Translations under genes and position numbers: made by a program | Shown here: positions 19,539 to 27,593 of the stretch, piece after piece | Layout of the letters: every line of letters starts with the position of its first letter | Position numbering within the stretch: the first letter of the stretch is position 1 | Notes under the pieces: model-generated | What the model saw: the letters and a program-made list of their open reading frames with translations, nothing else | What the model was told of the DNA's origin: nothing | The model's database searches: none | DNA from: an uncultured delta proteobacterium | GTDB lineage: Bacteria; Desulfobacterota; RBG-13-43-22 | DNA length: 64,000 nucleotides | Direction of reading: 5' to 3' | Assembly: GCA_963843145.1 (NCBI GenBank) | Contig: CAWJJC010000027.1 | Coordinates: 421,829-485,828, forward strand

Positions 19539-19570
19539 GGGAGTGATCCTTCGATCACTCCCCACTTTTT
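19539..19570 (+). terminator. Intrinsic terminator after the substrate-binding protein gene
   Basis: GGGAGTGATC-cttc-GATCACTCCC followed by a T-run. Confidence 0.75.
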
Positions 19571-20012
19571 GAAATAGGCAGAATACCAGGCCGGCTGCCA
19601 TTATCCGAAGAGAGATAAGATGTCCAAATCGGGGGCAAAATAGGCACTTAAAGGATATTGAGCATCAGGGTGTTGCTATCGCTCGCTATCACCGCTTATT
19701 AACCGAGCAACGGCGCTGCCCCTTAATGTATCCGGGATTTTTTTTATTAAAGCCTCTTCCTCCCACGGCTATCCGATTTTGAACGTCTGATGGCCGGGTT
19801 GGAGTACATCGGCCAGAAAGGGGCCTACCGCTACCCAGTCCCGAACCTGTCGGCCCTGTCCGAGCCGAAGATTCCTCAAAACTATTTTCAGATCGCTCCG
19901 GCGGCCGGATGAGCTGAAAGCCGGCCGGCGTATTGGATGATTTCGGAAGTTTCTCAGGGATAGGTGGCCAGACACTTATGCGGGGCCGACTGGAGTTCCC
20001 TCTGCCGCGTAG

Positions 20013-20999
20013 TTATCCGGCCACCTTTCTCAACTCTTCCAGGAGATTGTCCTCGAGCTCAATGGTTCCGGAGGCCCGGCTTTCGGCGGCCTGACGGTTG
20101 CCCCGTTCCCCGGGCACGAAGATTTCCTGGACTCCGGGCAGCTTTGCCGTCGCCTTTACCTTTTCAATCAGGGTGCTCACGTTGCGGATGAAGGCTTCGC
20201 GATCCCCAAAGAGATCGGGATCGATAGCCAGCACGAGGTGCCCCCAATTCTTCCCGGGGTCCCCTACCCCCGCGCAGGCGGCGCCCACCAGCGGACCGGC
20301 GAGGATCTCGATAATCAGGGCCAGGCCGGCCCCTTTATACCCCCGGTCGAAAGACCGGATCGCCCCTTTGATCGCCAGGGCCGGATCGGTGGTGAGGCTG
20401 CCGTCCGGATCATAGGCCACATCATCGGGGATGCTTTTACCGGCCGTTTGGGCCTCGACTAGCCCGTAAAAGGCCATGGCGGCCGTGGACATGTCCAGAA
20501 CGATCGGACCGGGTTTCGCGGGAATCCCCACGGCCAGGGGATTGGTGCCGAAGATCGGCTGAAAGGACCCGGCCGTAGCCACCCGCGGCGGCGAACTGGC
20601 AAAGACCAGCCCCACGAGGCCCTGGCTGGCGATCTCGGAGGCGACATAGCCGATGGCGCCCGAGGACGTGGAAGTGTTGAAAGTACCGACGATGCCGATA
20701 CCGCCGGCCTTGGCCTTTTCCAACACCACGTCCAACGCCTTTTTGACCACCACCATGGCCTGGTTCTGGTTTCCGTTTATTTTGGCCGACAGGGCGGTTT
20801 CCTTTTCGATCGTTATGGCCCCGGCCTTCGGGTCTTTGGGTATGCCTTTGCCGATGAGCTTGACCACCCCTTGATTGTTGCCCCGCAGTTGCGCGTAAAG
20901 CAGCATCTCCCGGATGGTGGCGGTTTCGGCGTCGTCATAGCCGTAGTGTTTAAGGGCCTTGTCGGTCAGGGCTTCCAATTCTTTCAGTTCAATCTTCAT
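20013..20999 (-). CDS. Ldh_2 family oxidoreductase (malate/L-sulfolactate dehydrogenase-like)
   Basis: FGTNPLAVGIP, LDMSTA, GYKGAGL, VPGERG. Confidence 0.88.
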   Translation of the reverse strand: MKIELKELEALTDKALKHYGYDDAETATIREMLLYAQLRGNNQGVVKLIGKGIPKDPKAGAITIEKETALSAKINGNQNQAMVVVKKALDVVLEKAKAGGIGIVGTFNTSTSSGAIGYVASEIASQGLVGLVFASSPPRVATAGSFQPIFGTNPLAVGIPAKPGPIVLDMSTAAMAFYGLVEAQTAGKSIPDDVAYDPDGSLTTDPALAIKGAIRSFDRGYKGAGLALIIEILAGPLVGAACAGVGDPGKNWGHLVLAIDPDLFGDREAFIRNVSTLIEKVKATAKLPGVQEIFVPGERGNRQAAESRASGTIELEDNLLEELRKVAG

Positions 21000-21063
21000 C
21001 CAAATTTCCTCGCTTTACCTGCTTGGCGCAGTTTTGCCACGTCCGGCGCAGTTTCTTTTCGCT

Positions 21064-21321
21064 TCAGCGATAAATATCCTTTCGATGACCAACCTTCACT
21101 ACCCAGATAGCAAGTAGCTCGTCTAAAACGGAATACACCATGCGATATCGGCCATGACGGAGGCGATACCTTTCCTGGCCGGTTAGTTTTTCGCAGCCTG
21201 GCGGCCTCGGGTCAATAGCCAGCGATTGGATACGGCGCAGAATCTTCGTCAGATCTTTCTTCGGTATGGCATTGAAGTCTTTCTGAACGGATTCCCTGAA
21301 ATAGACCTTATATGCGGCCAT
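21064..21321 (-). CDS. RelE/ParE family toxin
   Basis: SVQKDF...PRPPGCEKLTGQERYRLRHGRYRMVY...KVGHRKDIYR. Confidence 0.9.
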   Translation of the reverse strand: MAAYKVYFRESVQKDFNAIPKKDLTKILRRIQSLAIDPRPPGCEKLTGQERYRLRHGRYRMVYSVLDELLAIWVVKVGHRKDIYR

Positions 21322-21544
21322 CGCGCTTTAGCCGTTTGACCATTTCATCATAAGCGATCAATGGTTCACCGACTCTTTGCTCGAAGGCCGCAATATCTTC
21401 GGCATCTTCCGCCAGGGCTTCCCTTACGGCGTCATTGATAAGTTCTGATACCGACCGGGAAGTCTCGACCGCTTTCAGCTTTAACGCCTTATGCAGGTTG
21501 GGGTCCAAATAGACGGTGGCTCGCCTTGTTGTTTGTAAGGTCAC
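21308..21544 (-). CDS. CopG/RHH antitoxin
   Basis: RATVYLDPNLHKALKLKAVETSRSVSELINDAVR; GTG start with GGAGG; overlaps the toxin. Confidence 0.88.
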   Translation of the reverse strand: MTLQTTRRATVYLDPNLHKALKLKAVETSRSVSELINDAVREALAEDAEDIAAFEQRVGEPLIAYDEMVKRLKRDGRI

Positions 21545-21566
21545 GATAGGTCCTCCCCCAAATGAA

Positions 21567-21603
21567 ACTATAAAACTATAACACTATAACGTCTTAGCGT
21601 CAA
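21567..21603 (-). promoter_or_regulatory. TA cassette promoter with three TTATAGT direct repeats (candidate RHH operator)
   Basis: TTGACG-17-TATAGT; ttatagtgttatagttttatagt. Confidence 0.65.
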
Positions 21604-21605
21604 GA

Positions 21606-21673
21606 CTCCAACCTCCACAAGTTTGAGGCGAATGTCGTATCGATCCGTGGCCCGCCACTTGAACTGGTTCGAC
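21606..21673 (-). mobile_element. attC-like integron recombination site (end of VOC cassette)
   Basis: Minus strand GTCGAAC cagtTCAAGT ... ACTTGtggag GTTGGAG; R'' complements the (G/A)TTCGAC at the start of the VOC cassette. Confidence 0.6.
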
Positions 21674-21749
21674 GTTTTTATTAACGGTCTCAAAATAATA
21701 TTGAACGGATTTCTTAACCCCGCCCAGTCACAAAGAAAGGCAAAAGACG

Positions 21750-21960
21750 ATCTCTCACAGAGCACACAGAGATCGCAGAGAATAGTTAATTTCTGATTGC
21801 CGCTGAGAGGCCGGCAATCAGAAAAAATCTCCCGCTCCGCGAATAAGACCCCGCCGGAGGCGTGAGTTGTTTTGAAAAATCGGCGTCTCAGCGATTTTTC
21901 AAAAAATAACTTGGTCTTTCTCTGTGCCCTCGGCGAACTCGAGCGAAGCGGGCGAGAGAT
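21750..21960. repeat. MITE-like palindromic element inside the VOC cassette 3' region
   Basis: Terminal ATCTCTC/GAGAGAT; cacagagcacacagag arm; internal hairpins ctgattgccg/cggcaatcag and ttgaaaaatcg/cgatttttcaa. Confidence 0.7.
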
Positions 21961-21997
21961 AAAAATAACACCCTGTGTAAATACAATTATGGGACTG

Positions 21998-22450
21998 TTA
22001 ATATCTCCAACTCTGCAACTCAATGATGTTGCCTTCCGGGTCGGCGCAATAAATAAAGGTCAAGAGCCCCACCCCCTTCACCTCAGCGGAGGTAATTTCG
22101 CCTATCTTCCTGCCGCCATGGCCTAGGACGAGAGCCAATGTCTCCTTCACATCGTCTACCTCAAAGGCCAGGTGCATGATCCCTTCCCGGTTGGCGATGC
22201 TAGGCGATCTCGGCGCATTCTCGGAATACTGGTAGATTTCGAGCGTCGGCCCTTCTTCTCCGTACCCGGGAAACCTCAAATGCACGCCCGAGAATTGAGC
22301 ATTGGCCACCCCGGTCCCCTTACTCAGCCACTCGCCCCCGAGATGGCGTTCCGGCGGTACCGGGGCACAGCCGAACACCTCCTCATAAAATCGGGAAAGC
22401 CGGCGCCAATCCGCTGCTACTATATTCGTATGCTTGTATTTTGTTTTCAT
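21998..22450 (-). CDS. VOC/glyoxalase family protein
   Basis: HTNIVAADW...FYEEVFG, LEIYQY, HLAFEVDD, DPEGNIIEL. Confidence 0.9.
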   Translation of the reverse strand: MKTKYKHTNIVAADWRRLSRFYEEVFGCAPVPPERHLGGEWLSKGTGVANAQFSGVHLRFPGYGEEGPTLEIYQYSENAPRSPSIANREGIMHLAFEVDDVKETLALVLGHGGRKIGEITSAEVKGVGLLTFIYCADPEGNIIELQSWRY

Positions 22451-22456
22451 ATTTTC

Positions 22457-22544
22457 GTCGAATGCGGCGTTGACCCTTAGCCCGCAGCGTGTGGGGGTGG
22501 CCCGTGTGCGCAAGGGACATCGTGGTCCAATGTCCTGGTTGGAA
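22457..22544 (-). mobile_element. Degenerate attC-like site (end of Rap1a cassette)
   Basis: Minus strand TTCCAAC caggaca TTGGACC ... GGTCAA cgccgc ATTCGAC; L'' has one extra G relative to L'; R' has A instead of G. Confidence 0.55.
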
Positions 22545-22579
22545 GCAGTCGAACGTACCCCCGCTGGTGTCGTCAGCTA

Positions 22580-22972
22580 CTATTTCTTCTGGCAAGGCCA
22601 GGCTGTCTTGATAGCTTCTATGACCAGTTTGGCCGCTGGCAAATGTAATTTTTCAGGATGGTCCTCAAGATATCTTCTAACAACTCGAATTGCCTGGGCA
22701 AGATTTACTATAGAAGGAATGCAAAGCAAAGACGGATTCTTTATTGACTGGCCGACGGCCCCGAGGTTATATGTATCAATCGCACCTTCCACAAGTCCTT
22801 GACAAATTCCAGCAGCTTCGGTTGCCCTTCCTTTAACAAAATCATCGCAGAACTGAAGAAGATTTTTGCCATAAGTACTGTAAGTCACCACGACCTCTTC
22901 TTCTCCAGCATAAACCGGTGTTGCTGCTAAAACAGCAAAACAAGCAAGAACTGTTATAATCATTTGTTTCAT
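22580..22972 (-). CDS. Rap1a/Tai-family T6SS immunity-like secreted protein
   Basis: Signal peptide; GKNLLQFC...CQGLVEGAID...CIP...QAIRVVRRYLEDHPEKLHLPAAKLVIEAIKTAWPC. Confidence 0.85.
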   Translation of the reverse strand: MKQMIITVLACFAVLAATPVYAGEEEVVVTYSTYGKNLLQFCDDFVKGRATEAAGICQGLVEGAIDTYNLGAVGQSIKNPSLLCIPSIVNLAQAIRVVRRYLEDHPEKLHLPAAKLVIEAIKTAWPCQKK

Positions 22973-23010
22973 TTTTCAACCTTCTTCCTGTTGAACAGTC
23001 GGTGTTGTCA

Positions 23011-23076
23011 TTTCAACGCAGAGCTAACCCGGAGTGGCCCGCCAGGGACACGATCCGGTTCATGCGGTTGTTAAAA
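23011..23076 (-). mobile_element. attC-like site (end of 408-aa cassette)
   Basis: Minus strand TTTTAAC aaccgcATGAACCgg ... ccgGGTTAgctctgc GTTGAAA; R'' overlaps the TAA stop codon. Confidence 0.65.
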
Positions 23077-24297
23077 ATCTCGCTTTTCCTCAGTAGTCCC
23101 CGGGTACTCGTCTTCATGAACTTTAATAAGTCTTGGATTTGCGAAGTAGCCAAATTCCTTTTGAGAATAGTCCATCCGTCCCTGCAACTCATAAGTCCAT
23201 TGGGGGATATGCATGTGTATCAGATCAAAAGAATAACCCTTTCCATTCTCATATCTTTCCGTTGTCAAGCCTATGACCGTACTGCGGTCTTGATGGAGCC
23301 CTCTGGCAACCAGACATCTGCTAAAGAGTTCAGCTTTCCGGAAATTTCTGTCTTCGTCGTGCGGGACGGCCAAGAAGACGTACGTTACGTCCGAATTTCC
23401 GAGAATCATCCTGGACCTGACTTTCTTTTCACGCGCAAGCTCATAGAACTCAACAAAGGATTTTCCTAGAAGCCGCCTGCCGAATCTATTCTCACGAGCC
23501 ATCGTACGGACCGCTATTTCGGACTCGTTCAGGTCTGGACCAAATTCCAGATTACCATGCAGTATGTCATTGCTCAGAGTCTCAACAAGGCGGTCCCATG
23601 CATAGCTTACAGAATCGGCCTCCTTTTTTGCCTTATAGTACTCATTCTCTTTGAACCCTGCCCACAGGTTATCGTCGATAACGAACAGGTCAACCTTCTC
23701 CGGGAATTGACGACCATTATGCAGATAGAAAGCCAGAAGATCCTCCTCTCCGCCTTGGAATAATGTTGTCTTTCCGGAAATATATAGTGCTTCTTTTGCA
23801 GACAGATAAGCAACAAAATCCTCTACCGTGTCCAATTCACCCATGATTACGTCCAGAGAGGTTTTATCAAAAACGTGAACAAATCCTTTTCCGAAGTCCC
23901 CGAAGCTGATAGGAGCTTTGTCTTGGTCTCCAAGGGCGATAGCGACTCGATGAACCCGCCTGACCTCCCGACTGGGTAGTTTTATCCCGGGGCTACCGTC
24001 GCTACGGATAACCTGGGATGACCCTACGAGCCATCTTTCTGCGCCGTATATCTGCTTGGCTGAGGCGTCAATTGCCCGCTTCCTCCAGCGCTTCCAATCG
24101 ACCGAGAAGTCACCACTTTCCGTCAGACCAATGTCTTTGACGCTGAATATTATGATATCGGGTTCGCACACCACCAGTGTATCGCATAGTTCTTTTCCGT
24201 CCTTTCCAAGAGGATTTGGGTAGCTCCAAAGACACAAGAATGATCCTTTGCAGATATCGTAGACAAGCTGTTCAGACGCGTTGAAGAGTTCGCTCAT
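23071..24297 (-). CDS. Hypothetical protein with NERD-like PD-(D/E)XK N-terminal domain
   Basis: GKELCDTLVVCEPDIIIFSVKD...ASAKQIYGAERWL; 408-aa ORF with atypical composition. Confidence 0.65.
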   Translation of the reverse strand: MSELFNASEQLVYDICKGSFLCLWSYPNPLGKDGKELCDTLVVCEPDIIIFSVKDIGLTESGDFSVDWKRWRKRAIDASAKQIYGAERWLVGSSQVIRSDGSPGIKLPSREVRRVHRVAIALGDQDKAPISFGDFGKGFVHVFDKTSLDVIMGELDTVEDFVAYLSAKEALYISGKTTLFQGGEEDLLAFYLHNGRQFPEKVDLFVIDDNLWAGFKENEYYKAKKEADSVSYAWDRLVETLSNDILHGNLEFGPDLNESEIAVRTMARENRFGRRLLGKSFVEFYELAREKKVRSRMILGNSDVTYVFLAVPHDEDRNFRKAELFSRCLVARGLHQDRSTVIGLTTERYENGKGYSFDLIHMHIPQWTYELQGRMDYSQKEFGYFANPRLIKVHEDEYPGTTEEKRDF

Positions 24298-24518
24298 ATC
24301 ATCTCATTGATTTCTAACAAGTTATTCTATTGTTTCTTCTAATTTACCAAAACCGGAAAATCTCCCAATAGAAGTAGACAAGGCGCGCACCCCGTATTAG
24401 TTGCCAAAAATTTCCGTATCCATTTAATAACATGAATATTTTCAACAATCCAATAGGAGATCAACGGCAATCCAATAGCGGGGATCATTCCGGATATCAT
24501 GATTCTCACGAGACAACC

Positions 24519-24647
24519 TCGCAAAAAGTCCAAAAACCTGTCATTGCGAGCGATGCGAAGCAATCCCCACCATAGTAACTAGCTGATTCTGGGGGATTGC
24601 TTCGTCGCTTCACTCCTCGCAATGACAGCACTGGGGGCTTTTTGCGA
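24519..24647. repeat. Palindromic MITE-like element (GTCATTGCGAG/GCAAAAAGTC family)
   Basis: tcgcaaaaag...gtcattgcgag...gaagcaatccc...gggattgcttc...ctcgcaatgac...ctttttgcga; inverted copy at 30412..30539; fragment at 4681..4712. Confidence 0.8.
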
Positions 24648-24702
24648 ACATATCTCACGAAATCAATAATATTCGAGTGATTCCTGATGCCGATCCACCC
24701 AA

Positions 24703-24963
24703 TTATGACCCCTTCTCCCGCCTCCAGATCAGATCGCCGTCTTTATAGACTTCCCTGATCCGGTGGAAGGGGATGGTGACCACCTCCCCTTCAGGCGTTT
24801 GCAGATCAAAAGAGAAGCTGTTTCCCTGCTCGAAGTGGAGCTCCCCCAGGGGAACCCGGATTACGATTCCCTCTCGGTGATCGAAGTAGCCGATCTCGAA
24901 GCGGCCCCGGCCGAAGTCCCTATCCCAGCGGATCCGGCTTAGAAGCTCGTGTATCGGTATCAT
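24703..24963 (-). CDS. DUF504/MJ1316-type small protein
   Basis: MIPIHELLSRIRWD...IGYFD...IPFHRIREVYKDGDLIWRR. Confidence 0.8.
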   Translation of the reverse strand: MIPIHELLSRIRWDRDFGRGRFEIGYFDHREGIVIRVPLGELHFEQGNSFSFDLQTPEGEVVTIPFHRIREVYKDGDLIWRREKGS

Positions 24964-25069
24964 GGTTTTATGAATTTTAAAAGCGGCCCTCTCGGAGGCC
25001 ATAAAAAGTCTTTTTTTCAATGGATGAATAAATTATTATAGCGAGAGATACGATTCAGCCATTATAAGA

Positions 25070-25642
25070 ATGAACGGCCAGCCTATGGAAAAAACGGTTT
25101 CCCTGCAATCCCACAAGATGAAAAAAGCGGCCCTGCGGGGCTTTCGGGAATGGAAACGACTGCTCCCTTCCCTGTCCTATCTGGATGAAACCACCCGTTT
25201 GCTGGACCTCCCCGATGACCTGATTCTTTTTTTCTGTGAAGATACCCCCCGGAGCCGGGTCCTGATCTACGACCTGCTCATGGGAATTTACGGGTTGGGC
25301 AGCGGCTATGAATTCGAGTCCTTGCCGCCGGAAACGGTGAGCGCCCTGCTGGACCCTTATTTCCTGATTACCGACCAGATTCGCTTTGATTGCCTGCGTC
25401 GTCTGAACTGGACCCTGCCCTCCCCTGCTGCGGAAAGACCGATCGTCGAGTTGGTCCTGGAGATCCGGAATAAAATACCATCTGAATTTCTGGAAATTCC
25501 GCAGGCCACCCCGCAACATCCGGCCTACCCGCTGCTGAAGCCCGACAGCCTGATGGAACAGGCGGTGCTGATCCGCAGGCTCCTGCCGGAGGCCATCAGC
25601 CAATTCCGGGAAAAAATCAGGGCTGAAGTCCCTAGAGGTTGA
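25070..25642 (+). CDS. Hypothetical protein
   Basis: 190-aa ORF with host-like codon usage filling the gap; start 25070 or 25085. Confidence 0.7.
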   Translation: MNGQPMEKTVSLQSHKMKKAALRGFREWKRLLPSLSYLDETTRLLDLPDDLILFFCEDTPRSRVLIYDLLMGIYGLGSGYEFESLPPETVSALLDPYFLITDQIRFDCLRRLNWTLPSPAAERPIVELVLEIRNKIPSEFLEIPQATPQHPAYPLLKPDSLMEQAVLIRRLLPEAISQFREKIRAEVPRG

Positions 25643-26695
25643 TCAAGGCATAACGGTGATGGTTCCCGGCGGGCCCGCGGTCACTTCTCCGATCACGGCG
25701 GCCTCCCGGATTCCCCGGGCCTTTAACCGGTTCAGCATTTCCGCCGCCCGGTTTTCCTTGACGGAAATCAGTAATCCCCCCGAGGTCTGGGCATCGGCCA
25801 GAATATCCAATAGGTGGGAAGGGATGGCTGGATCCACCGTCAGCGAATGGTGGCAAAAGTTGCGATTGGCATACGTCCCGGCCGGCACTAGACCCATTTG
25901 CGCATATTCTCGGGCAAAGGAAAGAATGGGTACCCGGGAGACCCGTAACACCATCCCGCATTGACTGGCGTTGGCCATTTCCAGCGCATGGCCCAGCAGA
26001 CCGAACCCGGTGATATCGGTGCAGGCCTGGGCCCCCACCTCTTCCATTACTTCAGCCCCTACCCGATTCAATTCCACCATGACGGCGATCATCGCCTCTT
26101 CCGCTTCCGGCGAGGAGAATTTACCCTTCAGGGCCGTGGAAATAATCCCGGTCCCGATGGGTTTGGTCAAAAGAAGGCGATCCCCGGGCCGGGCCCCGGC
26201 ATTGGTCATCACCCGGTCCGGATGAACAAGTCCCGTGACGGAAAGCCCGTATTTCAGCTCCGCGTCATCAATACTGTGCCCCCCCACCAGCAACGCGCCG
26301 GCCTCATGGATTTTTTCCAAGCCGCCCCGCAGGATCTCCTTGAGAATCCATTTATCCATGGTCTTTTTCGGAAAGCCCACGATGTTCATGGCGGTCAGCG
26401 GCCTCCCCCCCATGGCATAGACGTCGCTCAGGGCATTGACGGCGGCGATCTGCCCGAACCGGTAGGGATCGTTGACGATGGGGGTAAAGAAATCGAGGGT
26501 CTGGATTAACGCCAGGTCGTCCCGGATTTTGTAGACTCCCGCGTCGTCGGAGGTTTCTCTCCCTACCAGGAGGTTGGGATCGGTCTCCAAAGGAAGATCG
26601 GCTAATATCTCCTGCAGGTCGCCCGGACCCAACTTGGAGGCTCAGCCGGCGGCCCGGGTGGCGTCGACCAACCGGATTGCTTTCGGGTCACTCAT
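25643..26695 (-). CDS. selD: Selenide, water dikinase, selenocysteine-containing (UGA at 26642..26644)
   Basis: Read-through gives MSDPKAIRLVDATRAAG-U-ASKLGPGDL; DDAGVY, DFFTPIV, NALSDVYAMGG, DITGFGLLGH, DAQTSGGLL; GGTC-cgggc-GACC hairpin 3' of the UGA. Confidence 0.95.
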
Positions 26696-27593
26696 TATTC
26701 CTATTACCTTCCCTAAGTAAAAATTCCTTGAACTCCTCCGCCAGAGGGGAAAGAGTTCTTTGTTTCAGGTGAATCAGATAAAAATTCCGAAACAGAGGAA
26801 ACTGCTTAATCTTAATTTCTTTTACCAGCCCGGCGGCCAGATCTTCCGTCACCGACCGGCGGGAGAGTATGGAGACCCCCAAGCCGGCCTTGACCGCTTG
26901 CCGAACGGCCTCGCTGCTTCCCAGTTCGGCCACGGCCGTCAGTTCGTCCGGATTCAAGTCAATTTTCGCCAAAGCCTTTTCGATCGACCGGCGGGTCCCT
27001 GAACCCGGCTCACGAAGAATAAAGGGCAGCCTTAAAAGTTCCCGGGGATCGAGGCCCTGCTTCCCTCCTGGAGGGAAATCCGCCGGCTGGATACAAACCA
27101 ATTCGTCTTTGGTCAAGAGTTGACAGAAAATATGCCGCTGCTCCACCCGGGCGCCGACCACCCCTATTTCGATCGCCCCCGCCAAGACCTGTTCGACGAT
27201 ATTTCGCGTGTCACCAATCAAGACTTGAACCCGGACCCGGGGATACTTTTTCTTGAACTTTCCCAGGATGCCGGGCAACAGGTACTGGCCGGGGATGTTG
27301 CTGCCGCCGATCAGCAGTTCCCCCTGTCCTTTGTCCAGAAATTGCTGCATGGCCCGGAGGGCCTCCTGACGTAATCCGCTTAATTGTCTGGAATAGCCGT
27401 AAAGCAACTCTCCGGCTTTGGTGGGGATCACCTCCCGACCCTGGCGGTCGAAAAGAGTGAGTCTCAGGTCCTCTTCCAGCAGGCGGATATGCTCACTAAT
27501 GGTGGGCTGGGCCAGCAGCAGGGCCTGGCCGGCCCGCGAAAAACTTTTTAGTTCAAAAACCTTCTGAAAGACTTCCAGGCGTCGAAAATCCAT
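26688..27593 (-). CDS. LysR family regulator adjacent to selD (selenium-associated type)
   Basis: MDFRRLEVF...SFSRAGQALLLAQPTISEHIRLLEE; ILREPGSGTR; overlaps the selD start. Confidence 0.88.
   Translation of the reverse strand: MDFRRLEVFQKVFELKSFSRAGQALLLAQPTISEHIRLLEEDLRLTLFDRQGREVIPTKAGELLYGYSRQLSGLRQEALRAMQQFLDKGQGELLIGGSNIPGQYLLPGILGKFKKKYPRVRVQVLIGDTRNIVEQVLAGAIEIGVVGARVEQRHIFCQLLTKDELVCIQPADFPPGGKQGLDPRELLRLPFILREPGSGTRRSIEKALAKIDLNPDELTAVAELGSSEAVRQAVKAGLGVSILSRRSVTEDLAAGLVKEIKIKQFPLFRNFYLIHLKQRTLSPLAEEFKEFLLREGNRNNE

Noticed and set aside
21568-22023. 151-aa ORF between the VOC gene and the antitoxin
   Set aside because: It runs through a MITE and an attC-like site; most likely spurious.
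24339-24563. rodA/ftsW-like fragment (ISGMIPAIGLPLISY)
   Set aside because: Only ~15 residues resemble it and the ORF starts inside a MITE; too weak to call.
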